Shown here: positions 39,728 to 49,457 of the stretch, piece after piece
Numbering within the stretch: the stretch's first letter is position 1
Layout: the number at the start of each line of letters is the position of its first letter
Assembly (NCBI GenBank): GCA_963816355.1
Contig: CAWFKH010000003.1
Location: forward strand, 1,504,001-1,568,000
DNA: 64,000 bases
Direction: 5' to 3'
Source of the DNA: an uncultured Gemmatimonadales bacterium
GTDB lineage: Bacteria; Gemmatimonadota; Gemmatimonadetes; Longimicrobiales; RSA9
Program-made: the position numbers and the translations under genes
The notes under the pieces: generated by a model
Seen by the model: the letters and a program-made list of their open reading frames with translations, nothing else
The model's database searches: none
What the model was told of the DNA's origin: nothing

Positions 39728-41614
39728 CTACCGCCCCAGCCGCCCAGACCGCTGGTCCCTGCCGCGTTTTCTTACTCGGCGCTCGACCTGACGTTGCATG
39801 CCGCGAAGCTCCCGCGCCAGATCCAGCCGCTCCCGCACGTACGACGCGAGCGCCGTCGCGTCGCCCTTAGACTCCGCGAGCGGGAGCAGCCGGTCAAGCT
39901 CGTCGAGCCTCCGATGCAGCCGCTCGGAGCGGATGTCGTCGACGAGACCGCCGAACATCCGCTCGGCCTCGCTGAGTTCTTCCGGGTCCGCGAGCAGATC
40001 ATTCATCCGCGAGCGGGCCTCCGGCCCCAGCTCCAGTGCCGCCACCGGCGGCGCCCCCGTGTCCTCCGGCCCCGGTGCGGGCAGCGCGATGAGCGCCGCG
40101 AAGATCTCGCGATAGAACGGATCCGTGAAATCCTCCACGGCCAGCCGTTCGGCGGCGCCCGCGATGTGCGCCCGGTCGCGCAGCAGCAGCAGCAGCAGCT
40201 GTCGCTGTCCGGCGAGCCCCGGCGTCGCCTCGGCGCGCCCCCGCGCCTCGCCCCGCCGCGCGCCAGGCTCCCCGCGCGTCGGCATCCCCGGCCCTGCGGC
40301 GGAGGCGGCCGGCGCTTCCCGGCGAGGCGGCGCCTGCCGCAGCTCCTCCTCGAGCGTACCCCGTCGGATACCCGTCTTCCTGGCGATCGTGTCAATGTAC
40401 AGGTCGCGGAGCGCCGGGTCGACCACCGCGCGCAAAGTGGGCAGCAGACGGTCGAGCGCGCGGCGGGTGCCCTGGATGTCGTCGAAGTAGTGGTGCTCTT
40501 CCAGGATCTGCAGCTTCCTCTCGAGCACGTCCACCGCGCCCTCGAGAACCTTGCGCAGCGGCGCGCCGCCCCGCTCGCGCACCAGCGAATCGGGATCTTC
40601 GCCCTCCGGCAGCGTCGCGACCAGCGGGTGCGCCCCCGCGCGCAGCAGGACGTCGCCGCTGCGGAAGGTGGCGCGCAGCCCCGCGGCGTCGCTGTCGTAG
40701 AGGAGGTAGACCTTGCGGGCGTAGCGCGCGAGCAGCTCCGCCTGCTCCTCGGTCATCGAGGTCCCGAGCGGCGCGACCACGTTCTCCACGCCGCGGGCGG
40801 CGAGCGAGACGAAGTCCATGTACCCCTCGACGACGAGGGCGGCCTCGTCACGGCGGATCGCGTTCTTCGCCCAGTTCAGCCCGTAGAGCACGCGGCCCTT
40901 GTGGTAAATCGGCGTCTCCGGCGAGTTGAGGTATTTGGGAGATCCCTCGCCAGCCCGGCCCAGGACGCGGCCGCCGAACGCGATGGTACGGCCGCCGAGG
41001 TCGCGGATCGGAAACACGACGCGGTCGCGCAGCCGGTCGTACGGCTCCGCCGCGCGCTCGCTCTCCTTCACCAGGCCCGCTTCGAGCAGCAGGGCCTCGT
41101 CCATCCCGTGCGCCGCGGCGGCCTCGATCAGCGCACGCCACGCGTCGGGCGCGTAGCCGATGGCGAAGCGCTCGATGGCGGCGCCGTCGACGGCGCGCTC
41201 CGCCAGGTAGCGACGCGCGCGCGCCCCCGCCTCGCCTTCGAGTTGGCGGCGGTAGAAGTCCTCGGCGAAGGCGATCGCCTCGTACAGCGGCCGGTTCCGC
41301 TCCTGCTCGGGAGAGGGTCCCGCGTCCTCGGGGACTTCCACGCCGACGCGCGCCGCGACCATGCGCACCGCATCGGGGAAGTCGACGCCCAGCCGCTCCA
41401 TCAGGAAGGTGAACACGTCGCCGGAGACGCCACACCCGAAACAGTTGTAGAAGCCCTTCGCGGGTACGACGTAGAACGACGGCGTCTTCTCGGTGTGGAA
41501 GGGGCAGAGGGCGCGGTACTCCTTGCCCGCCTTCTTCAGCGGCACGTGCTCGCCGACAATGTCGACGATGTCGGCGCGGGCGCGCACCTCCTCGACGATC
41601 GAGTCCGGGATCAC
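39728..41614 (-). CDS. dnaG: DNA primase
   Basis: CPFHTEKTPSF..CFGC zinc finger, KYLNSPET, EGYMD, YDSD TOPRIM. Confidence 0.97.
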   Translation of the reverse strand: MIPDSIVEEVRARADIVDIVGEHVPLKKAGKEYRALCPFHTEKTPSFYVVPAKGFYNCFGCGVSGDVFTFLMERLGVDFPDAVRMVAARVGVEVPEDAGPSPEQERNRPLYEAIAFAEDFYRRQLEGEAGARARRYLAERAVDGAAIERFAIGYAPDAWRALIEAAAAHGMDEALLLEAGLVKESERAAEPYDRLRDRVVFPIRDLGGRTIAFGGRVLGRAGEGSPKYLNSPETPIYHKGRVLYGLNWAKNAIRRDEAALVVEGYMDFVSLAARGVENVVAPLGTSMTEEQAELLARYARKVYLLYDSDAAGLRATFRSGDVLLRAGAHPLVATLPEGEDPDSLVRERGGAPLRKVLEGAVDVLERKLQILEEHHYFDDIQGTRRALDRLLPTLRAVVDPALRDLYIDTIARKTGIRRGTLEEELRQAPPRREAPAASAAGPGMPTRGEPGARRGEARGRAEATPGLAGQRQLLLLLLRDRAHIAGAAERLAVEDFTDPFYREIFAALIALPAPGPEDTGAPPVAALELGPEARSRMNDLLADPEELSEAERMFGGLVDDIRSERLHRRLDELDRLLPLAESKGDATALASYVRERLDLARELRGMQRQVERRVRKRGRDQRSGRLGR

Positions 41615-43992
41615 GCCAGCTCCGCCACGGTGACGCCGGTCCCGCCCTCCCCGATTCCGCCGACGCGGAACGCGCGCACGCGGGAGTCGGCGCGCAGCAA
41701 CTCTCCCACGACTTCGCGCAGCGCGCCGGTCCCCTTGCCGTGGATCACGCGCAGACTCGGCAGATCGGCGCGCAGCGCCGCGTCGAGCGCCGGCGCGAGC
41801 CGCCCCTCGACCTCTTCCGCTCGCAGCCCGCGCAGGTCGATCTCCGTCACCGGCTCGACGTCCGGTCCGCTCCACCCGCCGCCGAAGCTCCCGCCCGCCG
41901 GCGCCGGCCGCGGCTCCGGCTCCTCCGCGCGCGCCACATCCGAGAGCGCCACCTGCAGCTTCACGCCGCGCGACTCGATCGTGGCGCGGCCGTCCCGCAC
42001 TTCGAGCACACGCCCGGACGCGCCGCCGCGCGCGACGTAGACCCAGTCGCCCTCGCGCGGCGGTTCCGCCTCCACGCCGCCGCGCCGCCGCGGCAGCTCC
42101 GGCGTCCGCTCCGCCTGCTCGCTCGCCGCCGCCTCCACGCGCCGCCGCGTCTCGCGCGCCAGCTCGTCGAACGCCGACGCGTCCGCGCCACGCACCGCCT
42201 CGCGCAGGTCCCGGATCGCCGACTCCACCTCGCCGCGCGCGGAGAGCAGGATGTCACGCGCCTGCTGCCGCGCGGTTTGCTCCGCCTCGCGCTCGCGCCG
42301 CTCGACCGTGCGCTCGCGTTCCTCCACCTCCCCACGCAGCCGCTCCGCCTCGCGGCGCGCTGCGTCGGCTTCCGCCACCGCCTCCCCGAGCCGGCGGTCC
42401 TTGTCCTCGAGCTCGACCAGCAGCTGGCCCGCGTCCCGCTCCTCGTCGGAGAGGCGGGCCTCGGCCTCGCTCAGCAGCGCTTCCGGGAAGCCGAGCCGGC
42501 GCGCGATCGCCAGACCGTAGCTGCGGCCGGGCAGCCCCTTCACCAGGCGGTACGTGGGACGCAGCCGCTGCGAGTCGAACTGCAGCGAGCCGTTCACGAC
42601 GCCCGGCTCCTCACCCGCCAGCGCCTTGAGCTCACCGAGATGCGACGTCGCCACGCTCAACGCCCCGCGCCGCGTCAGCTCGACCAGGATCGCCTGCGCG
42701 AGCGCGCCGCCCTCGGCCGGATCGGTGCCGCTGCCGATCTCGTCGATCAGCACCAGCGACTCCGGACCGGCCGACTCGACGATCTCGCGCAGGTTGCGGA
42801 GGTGGGCGGAGAAGGTGGAGAGACTCGCCTCGATCGACTGCTCGTCGCCGATGTCCGCGAAGAAGTCGCGGAAGACCGGCAGCCGTGTCCCCGCTCCGAC
42901 CGGCGGCACGACGCCCGCCTGCGCAAGCGCGCTGACCAGGCCGATCGCCTTGAGCAGCACCGTCTTGCCTCCGGTGTTGGGCCCGGAGACCAGCAGCGTC
43001 CGCTCGCCCGCCTCCAGCGCCAGATCGAACGGCACCACCGCGCCCTCGCCCTCGAGCAGGAGCGGGTGGCGGCCGTCCACCACGACGTAGCTCGACGAGC
43101 CGGGCGGCAGCATCTCCGGGCGCCGCCCGTTGCGCTGGAGCGCGTAGCGGGCACGAGCACGGAGCGAATCGAGCGCGACGAGCGCTTCGAGCGTCGTCGT
43201 CAGCTCCTCCCGGCGCGGTCGCAGCAGCGACGTCAGCTCGCGCAGGATCCGCTGTACCTCGCGCGCCTCGCCGAGCTCCAGCTCCCGCAGCCGGTTCATC
43301 AGCTCGATCGCCAGCGGAGGCTCGACGAAGAGCGTGGCCCCGGAAGCGGATTCGTCGTGCACGATGCCGCCCACGTCGCCGCGCCCTTCGCGCCGGATCG
43401 GCACGACGTAGCGACCGTCGCGCACCGATACCGATGCGTCGGCGACGCGGAAACGCTCCGGCAGCGACGCAACGAACGACTCGAGCTGCTGCACGATGCG
43501 GGAGCGCGCCGCGCGCAGCTCGCGGCGGAGGCGGGCGAGCTCGGAGGAGGCCCGGTCGCGTACCTCGCCGGCGTCGTCGATCGCCGCGCCCACGCGCTTC
43601 GCCTCCTCGTCGAAGCGCCCGAGCCGGCCGGCGATCTCGACCAGCAGCGCGTACTCCGCCGCCTGGCGGGTGATCGAGGCACGGGTCTGCGATGCGGACT
43701 CGATCAGGACGACGGCGTCGCGCAGCCACGGCCCCTCCCACACCGAGCCCTCGACGGCGAGGCGGCGCAGCGCTGCGCGCAGATCGGGGATCGCCGGAAT
43801 CGCCCAGCCGTCGTCGCGCAGGAGGAACGCCGCGAGCTGATCGACGCGGCGCAGCTCCGGCTCGATCCACGCGATCGCGTCCGTCGGCTCGAGGGCGCGC
43901 ACCGCGGCGGCGCCGAGCGGGCTGGACGCGTGCCGCGCAACGGCGTCGAGCGCGTCGCCGAGCTGGAGCACGTCCAGCGCGTGCGGGTTCAT
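41611..43992 (-). CDS. mutS2: endonuclease MutS2
   Basis: GPNTGGKT, DIGDEQSIE, DEIGSGTDP, C-terminal Smr IHGKGTG. Confidence 0.96.
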   Translation of the reverse strand: MNPHALDVLQLGDALDAVARHASSPLGAAAVRALEPTDAIAWIEPELRRVDQLAAFLLRDDGWAIPAIPDLRAALRRLAVEGSVWEGPWLRDAVVLIESASQTRASITRQAAEYALLVEIAGRLGRFDEEAKRVGAAIDDAGEVRDRASSELARLRRELRAARSRIVQQLESFVASLPERFRVADASVSVRDGRYVVPIRREGRGDVGGIVHDESASGATLFVEPPLAIELMNRLRELELGEAREVQRILRELTSLLRPRREELTTTLEALVALDSLRARARYALQRNGRRPEMLPPGSSSYVVVDGRHPLLLEGEGAVVPFDLALEAGERTLLVSGPNTGGKTVLLKAIGLVSALAQAGVVPPVGAGTRLPVFRDFFADIGDEQSIEASLSTFSAHLRNLREIVESAGPESLVLIDEIGSGTDPAEGGALAQAILVELTRRGALSVATSHLGELKALAGEEPGVVNGSLQFDSQRLRPTYRLVKGLPGRSYGLAIARRLGFPEALLSEAEARLSDEERDAGQLLVELEDKDRRLGEAVAEADAARREAERLRGEVEERERTVERREREAEQTARQQARDILLSARGEVESAIRDLREAVRGADASAFDELARETRRRVEAAASEQAERTPELPRRRGGVEAEPPREGDWVYVARGGASGRVLEVRDGRATIESRGVKLQVALSDVARAEEPEPRPAPAGGSFGGGWSGPDVEPVTEIDLRGLRAEEVEGRLAPALDAALRADLPSLRVIHGKGTGALREVVGELLRADSRVRAFRVGGIGEGGTGVTVAELA

Positions 43993-44005
43993 CGTCGTGC
44001 GTCCT

Positions 44006-44443
44006 TCAGGCCAGCTCCTCGCGTACGATGCGGTTCGCCTCGCGGCCGTCGAAGCGGCCCTTCAGCGCCGGCATGATCCGCGACATCACGGCGCCCACAT
44101 CGCCGGCGCCGGCCGCGATCGCCTCGCGCACGCGGGCGCGCACCTCCTCCTCGCCGAGCGCCGGCGGCAGGTAGCCGGACAGCAGCAACGCCTCGCGATC
44201 CTCGCGATCGGCGAGCTCCGGGCGGCCGCCGGCGCGCATCTGCTCGGAGGCCTCCCGGCGGCGCTTGATCGCGCGCGTGAGCACCTCCGTCACGTCGGCG
44301 TCGTCCGCCTCCCCGCCCTTCTCGATCTCGCGGTTGCGCACCTCCGACAGCGTCATCGTGAGCAGCGTCGTGCGCTCACGCTCACGCGCGCGGCGGGCCG
44401 CGTTGAGGTCCGCGCGCAGCCGATCCTTGAGTGATTCCGCCAT
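44006..44443 (-). CDS. GatB/YqeY domain protein
   Basis: LKDRLRADL, KRRREA, YLP, GAVM...GRFDG. Confidence 0.9.
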   Translation of the reverse strand: MAESLKDRLRADLNAARRARERERTTLLTMTLSEVRNREIEKGGEADDADVTEVLTRAIKRRREASEQMRAGGRPELADREDREALLLSGYLPPALGEEEVRARVREAIAAGAGDVGAVMSRIMPALKGRFDGREANRIVREELA

Positions 44444-44508
44444 CGCCTCCCGCCTCCATCGCCCGGAACCGGCGGCCCGGGCGGATCCCGGGCGCCGGCA
44501 CCCGATTC

Positions 44509-44853
44509 CTACCCCGGTGGCCAGTCGAGGGGCCGGCCGCCGATCACGTGCAGGTGGACGTGCGGCACCGTCTGCCCCGCGTCCGCGCCCACGTTGACGA
44601 CGAGCCGATAGCCGCCGTCGAGGCCCGCCTCGCGCGCCACCTCGCGCGCCACCGCGAAGAGATGGCCGATCAGCCGCGCGTCGTCGTCTTCCATCGCGGC
44701 GATCGACTCGATGTGGCGACGCGGCACCACGAGCACGTGTGTCGGCGCCTGCGGGTTCACGTCCCGGAACGCGACGCTCTCCTCGTCGCTGTGGACCACC
44801 TGCGCGCGGATGTCGCCGCGCGCGATGCGGCAGAAGATGCAGTCGTCGGCCAC
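44509..44853 (-). CDS. histidine triad (HIT) nucleotide-binding protein
   Basis: CIFC, GQTVPHVHLHVIGGR, WPPG. Confidence 0.95.
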   Translation of the reverse strand: MADDCIFCRIARGDIRAQVVHSDEESVAFRDVNPQAPTHVLVVPRRHIESIAAMEDDDARLIGHLFAVAREVAREAGLDGGYRLVVNVGADAGQTVPHVHLHVIGGRPLDWPPG

Positions 44854-44936
44854 CGCTCTCCTCCTGTCTCACGTCACTATTCGTCCGCCCCGCACGCGGT
44901 GGAATACTGGCTCCCCCACGAACCGGAGGCACGCCG

Positions 44937-45530
44937 ATGGACCCCTTGTTGCCCCACCTTGCCGCGACGCTCGCGGCGGAGCCCGAGCTGGGCGTCGCGT
45001 TCGACCGCATCGCCGAGCGGCTGCGCCCCTGGATCGGACGCGGCATCGACGCCGACGACCGCATCCGCGAGGTGGTCGAGCGCCACCCCGACACCCTTCG
45101 CTACCTGCGCCCGCTCGACCCCGGCGGCCCCTCCGTCCGCTGGGCCGCGGAGGAGGCCGCGTGCTACGAGACCGCCCTGAAGCGCGCCGGTCTCGTGCAC
45201 CGGCCGCGGGTCACGCTGCTGCCGGACAGCGCGAGGCGCCCGCCGGACGGAGCGCTCCGCCACCTCGACGCCACGTTGCTCGCGCTCTCCGCCCGGCAGG
45301 CCACGGACGGTGCCTGGCTCGCGCACGCCTTCGCGCGCCGCGACGCGATCCTCCACAGCCTCCGGCACGAGGGACGAGCGCCCCGCGCGCCGGCATCGCC
45401 GCACGCCGGGCCGCGGCTGCGGAAGGCGCGCCCGCGCGGGAGGCTCACGGACGCAGAAGCAATCCGCTCCACCACTCGTGCTCCCAGTCCTCGGCCTCGA
45501 TCAGGAAGCCGGCGGCGTTACCGGCCGTGA
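44937..45530 (+). CDS. hypothetical protein, convergent with prmA
   Basis: ATG after GGAGG; fills the HIT-prmA gap; 3' end overlaps prmA by 86 nt. Confidence 0.55.
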   Translation: MDPLLPHLAATLAAEPELGVAFDRIAERLRPWIGRGIDADDRIREVVERHPDTLRYLRPLDPGGPSVRWAAEEAACYETALKRAGLVHRPRVTLLPDSARRPPDGALRHLDATLLALSARQATDGAWLAHAFARRDAILHSLRHEGRAPRAPASPHAGPRLRKARPRGRLTDAEAIRSTTRAPSPRPRSGSRRRYRP

Positions 45531-46353
45531 CCACGTCCCCCGCCTCCGCCTCGAGGATCCCGGAGAGGATCGCGTGGCCGCCCGCCGTCAGCGCCGCGGC
45601 GAACGCCGGCAGGAGCGGCACCAGCACGCCGCTCAGGATGTTGGCCACGATCAGATCGAACGCGCCGAGCCCGGCGAGCTGCGCCGGTTCCGCGTGGACG
45701 TGCCGAACCTCGACGAGGTCGGCCACCCCGTTGCGACGGACGTTGGCGCGCGCCGCCGCGACCGCGTCGGCGTCCTCCTCCAGCGCAAGCACCCGGCCGG
45801 CACCGAGTCGCGCGGCGGCGATCGCCAGGATTCCGCTCCCGGCGCCGACATCGAGGACGCGGTCGCCCGGCTGCAACACGAGCTGGAGCAGGCGCAGCAC
45901 GCCGCGCGTCGTCGCGTGCTCTCCCGTCCCGAACGCCATCTCGGGATCGAGCGTGAGGACGACGTCCTCGGGCGCGGCGTCCGGGCTCGTCCAGCTCGGC
46001 GCCACGATCAACCGCCCGCCCACCCGGCGCGGCGAGAGGCCGCGCTTCCACTGTTCACTCCAGTCGCGGTTCGGCACCCACTCCAGCCGCAGCACGACGG
46101 CGCTCCCGCTCGCCGCCTCGAGCCGGCGGCGCGCCTCGGCTTCCACTGCGGCGGCGTCCTTCGCCCGCAAGTGGGTCGTCAGCCACCCCTCGGCCTCCTC
46201 GACCGCCGATCCGCCGAGCGCGAGCAGCGCCGCGACGAGGTCCGCCGCGCGCGTCTCCGCGGCCGCGCCCTCCGCGCTCTCCGCGCTCTCCGGTGCGCTG
46301 CGCTCGTCGGCCGCCGCGCGGACGGAAAGCTGAAGCCAGCGCTCGCTCGTCAT
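45445..46353 (-). CDS. prmA: ribosomal protein L11 methyltransferase
   Basis: DWSEQWK, DPEMAFGTGEHATT, LDVGAGSGIL, ANI, SGI. Confidence 0.94.
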   Translation of the reverse strand: MTSERWLQLSVRAAADERSAPESAESAEGAAAETRAADLVAALLALGGSAVEEAEGWLTTHLRAKDAAAVEAEARRRLEAASGSAVVLRLEWVPNRDWSEQWKRGLSPRRVGGRLIVAPSWTSPDAAPEDVVLTLDPEMAFGTGEHATTRGVLRLLQLVLQPGDRVLDVGAGSGILAIAAARLGAGRVLALEEDADAVAAARANVRRNGVADLVEVRHVHAEPAQLAGLGAFDLIVANILSGVLVPLLPAFAAALTAGGHAILSGILEAEAGDVVTAGNAAGFLIEAEDWEHEWWSGLLLRP

Positions 46354-46484
46354 GGTGCGACGCGGCGAGGGCGAGGCACGCTCGTGCCGGAGGCGGACCG
46401 GCCGCGGCGCGGACGAGGACGGGTGTGGCAGACCATGGCCCAAGATACCGGTCGCACGGGGATGGTCGCCACCGCCCGCCGCGC

Positions 46485-46499
46485 TGGTCCGGCCCTTGC
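46485..46499 (+). promoter_or_regulatory. sigma-54-type promoter motif upstream of the histidine kinase
   Basis: TGGTCCGGCCCTTGC (GG-N10-GC) 42 nt upstream of ATG. Confidence 0.5.
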
Positions 46500-46540
46500 G
46501 CCCGCTGCCCGGGGGGCGGCTCTCGGCAACGGCGGGATGC

Positions 46541-47725
46541 ATGGCAGACACGCGACTCATCGAAGCAGGCGGTCCGGGCGAGGCGTGCGGGCGGCTGGCG
46601 GCGCAGTTGGAGCACCGCCGCCACCAGCTCACGCGCACTTGGCTGGAGACGCTCGAGACCAATCGGCCCGCGTCCTCGTCGCGCCCGCTCCCCCGCGACC
46701 TGCTCCTCGCCTGCGTGCCCGACATGCTCGCCGACATCGCCTCCTGCGTCGCGGGCGAGATGGACGACCTGCGACACGAAGACGCGGTCGCGCGCATCCG
46801 GCACTTCGCCACCGAGCGCTTCGAGCACGGCTTCGACGTGCAGGAGGTGCTGGAGGAGGCGCAGGTGCTCGGAGACCTCCTCTTCGTGGACGCGGACGGC
46901 GGCGACGGGGGCGACGCACGTCCGGTGCGGCGGCTGCACCACGCGCTCATGGAGCTCGCCACCATCATCGCGGGCATCTATCAGGAGCTCGGGTTCCGCC
47001 GCCAGCGCGACACGTCCGAGCGTATCGAGCGCTTCACCCGCACCCTCTCCCATGAGCTGAAGAACCCGATCGGCACGGCACAGGGCGCCGCCCAGCTCCT
47101 GTGCGACGAGGGGATCGCCGCGGATCCGGAGCAGCGGCGTCGCTTCGCCGCGATCGTGCTGCGCAGCATGGATCGCGCGGAAGCGCTGGTCGAAGACGTG
47201 CGCGCGCTCGCTCGGCTCGGCCACGTCGAGAACCGCGCGGCCGACATCGCGCCGCTTCGCGACGTCGTCACGGACGTGGTGTCCGCCTACGCCCACGCCG
47301 CCTCCGAACGAAACGTGCGGATCGCCGTCGACGACGACCTTCCCGCCGCACCCGTCGATCGACGTCGAGCCGAGCTCGTCCTCGCCAACCTCGTCGGCAA
47401 CGCGGTGAAGTACAGCGATGGAGCCAAGCCGGATCGGTGGGTCCGCATCGCCGTGCGCTCGAACGGCGAAGGCACGTGGCGCGTCGAGGTCCGCGACAAC
47501 GGCGTCGGCATCCCGGAATCGCAGCGCGGCCGCCTCTTCGAACGCTTCTTCCGCGGCGCCACCGCAGACGAGCCCGGCAGCGGCCTCGGCCTCGCGATCG
47601 CGCGGGAGGCGGCGCATCAGATCGGGGCGCAGATCGACTTCGAAAGCAGCGCGGGCGCCGGTTCGAGCTTCCGCGTCGTCCTGCCGGAGGCGAACCCGCC
47701 GGCACCGCCGGAACTCGTTCAGTAG
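46541..47725 (+). CDS. soluble sensor histidine kinase with N-terminal helical (RsbRD_N-like) domain
   Basis: SHELKNP, NLVGNAVKY, DNGVGI, FERF, GSGLGL; no TM helix. Confidence 0.88.
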   Translation: MADTRLIEAGGPGEACGRLAAQLEHRRHQLTRTWLETLETNRPASSSRPLPRDLLLACVPDMLADIASCVAGEMDDLRHEDAVARIRHFATERFEHGFDVQEVLEEAQVLGDLLFVDADGGDGGDARPVRRLHHALMELATIIAGIYQELGFRRQRDTSERIERFTRTLSHELKNPIGTAQGAAQLLCDEGIAADPEQRRRFAAIVLRSMDRAEALVEDVRALARLGHVENRAADIAPLRDVVTDVVSAYAHAASERNVRIAVDDDLPAAPVDRRRAELVLANLVGNAVKYSDGAKPDRWVRIAVRSNGEGTWRVEVRDNGVGIPESQRGRLFERFFRGATADEPGSGLGLAIAREAAHQIGAQIDFESSAGAGSSFRVVLPEANPPAPPELVQ

Positions 47726-48195
47726 GCGACCGCGTCGATGTCCGGAGATGCCGCGAACTCCCGCAGCGCCTCGGCCGGCGCACGGCCGTCGTTCAGCAGG
47801 GCCGCGAGACGGCGTACGCTCGTCCGCAGCCGCCACTCACGGGGCGCCTCGTCCGGATCGGGTCGCTCGCTCACCCAGGCGGGGGGCGTGGTCTGGAGGC
47901 TCGGCGCATCGGCCTCTCCGCCGCTCGCCTCGACGATGCCGACGCCGCAGCGGACCAGCTCGAAGGCGAACGCCGGCTCGACGCCCTCCTCGATCGCGAT
48001 CTCGTAGATGCGCTCGGCGAAGGCGCGCTCGACACCCAGCTCCGCTCCGGCCCACTCCACGATCTCCTCGTGGCGACGCAGGAACGCCGCCTCCGCCTCG
48101 ATCCGCAGCGCGCGTCCCTTCAGGCACTCGACGCCGCGATCGCGGGCTCGCTCGCCGGCCGAGCCGCTGCCGGCCGCCTTCCCTCGATCCCTCAT
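47719..48195 (-). CDS. hypothetical protein
   Basis: Glu/Ala-rich helical ORF with plausible composition; putative promoter upstream. Confidence 0.6.
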   Translation of the reverse strand: MRDRGKAAGSGSAGERARDRGVECLKGRALRIEAEAAFLRRHEEIVEWAGAELGVERAFAERIYEIAIEEGVEPAFAFELVRCGVGIVEASGGEADAPSLQTTPPAWVSERPDPDEAPREWRLRTSVRRLAALLNDGRAPAEALREFAASPDIDAVAY

Positions 48196-48236
48196 CCGCG
48201 CACCCCCGGTTCCGTTGCACTCGATCGGGGGAAGGA

Positions 48237-48251
48237 GCAAGCGGCGTACCC
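48237..48251 (-). promoter_or_regulatory. sigma-54-type promoter motif upstream of the hypothetical gene
   Basis: GGGTACGCCGCTTGC (GG-N10-GC) 42 nt upstream of ATG. Confidence 0.5.
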
Positions 48252-48274
48252 GCTCCTCGCACGGGGCGGCGTCG

Positions 48275-49438
48275 TCAGGCGCTGAACGCCTCCTTCACCT
48301 TGTTCCAGAAGCCGCCGCCCTCCGCCCGCTCGACCCGCTCCGGTGCGGGCGACTCCACTTCCGCCAGCTTTCGCAGCAGCTTCTCCTGTTCGCGGCTGAG
48401 CTCGGTGGGCACCCAGACGAGCAGGCGCACGATCTGATCGCCGTGGCCGCCACCCCGCAGGCGCGGCAAACCGCGGCCGCGCATGCGCAGCAGCCGGCCG
48501 GATTGGGTGCCGGGCGGCACCTTGAGACGCGCGCTGCCGGCCACCGTCGGCACCTCCACCTCCGTGCCGAGCGCCGCCTGCGTGAACGTGATCGGCAACT
48601 CGAAGACGAGATCCGCGCCATCCCGCACGAAGCGCGGGTCCTCCGCCACGTCGAGCACGACGACGACGTCGCCCGCTGGCCCGCCGCGCTCCCCCACGCT
48701 GCCCTCCCCGCGCAACGTGATGTAGTCGCCCGTCGACACGCCGGCTGGGACGTCCACCTCGATCGTCTTCTCGCCGGCGCGCGTTCCGCTGCCGCCGCAC
48801 GCGGCGCACGGGTTCGCGACCGTCTCGCCGGTGCCCGCGCAGGTGGGGCACGGCGTCAACGTCACCATCTGCCCCAGCATCGAGCGCTGCATGCGGCGCA
48901 CCTCACCGGCGCCGCCGCAGGTGGGGCACGACGTCGCCACCTCGCCCTCCCGACCACCGCTGCCGCCGCACGCCTCGCAGCGATCATGCACGCGCAGCCG
49001 CAGCGTCTTGTGTACGCCGGAAGCAACCTCCTGGAGCGTCAGCGGCAGGCGGATGCGCGCGTCCGCGCCCTTGCGGGAGCGGGCACGGCGCCGGCCGCCG
49101 CCGCGACCGCCGAAGAGATCCTCGATCCCGAAGCCGCCGAAATCGCGCATGAAGATGTTGAGCGCGTCGGTGAAGTCGAAGCCGGCGAAGCCGCCCGGAC
49201 CGCCGGCGCCAGCACCGCGCACGCCGGCATGGCCGAAATGGTCGTAGGCGGAGCGCTTGTCGGGATCACGCAGGACCTCGTACGCCTCCGTCGCCTCCTT
49301 GAAGCGCTCCTCCGCCTCGGGTGAGCCGTCGTTGCGGTCCGGGTGGTGCTCCAGGGCGAGACGCCGATAGGCCTTCTTGATGGTGTCGCCGTCCGCATCG
49401 CGGGCGACGCCCAGGATCTCGTAGTAGTCGCGCATCAC
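48275..49438 (-). CDS. dnaJ: chaperone DnaJ
   Basis: J-domain HPD, G/F region, four CxxCxGxG repeats. Confidence 0.98.
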   Translation of the reverse strand: MMRDYYEILGVARDADGDTIKKAYRRLALEHHPDRNDGSPEAEERFKEATEAYEVLRDPDKRSAYDHFGHAGVRGAGAGGPGGFAGFDFTDALNIFMRDFGGFGIEDLFGGRGGGRRRARSRKGADARIRLPLTLQEVASGVHKTLRLRVHDRCEACGGSGGREGEVATSCPTCGGAGEVRRMQRSMLGQMVTLTPCPTCAGTGETVANPCAACGGSGTRAGEKTIEVDVPAGVSTGDYITLRGEGSVGERGGPAGDVVVVLDVAEDPRFVRDGADLVFELPITFTQAALGTEVEVPTVAGSARLKVPPGTQSGRLLRMRGRGLPRLRGGGHGDQIVRLLVWVPTELSREQEKLLRKLAEVESPAPERVERAEGGGFWNKVKEAFSA

Positions 49439-49457
49439 GCTCCGATTTCAGCTTCGT

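Noticed and set aside
46268..46300. 9-nt repeats in prmA (ESA-ESA) and CAG run in the M16 signal region (~51967-51984)
   Set aside because: Short in-frame low-complexity linkers with no evident function
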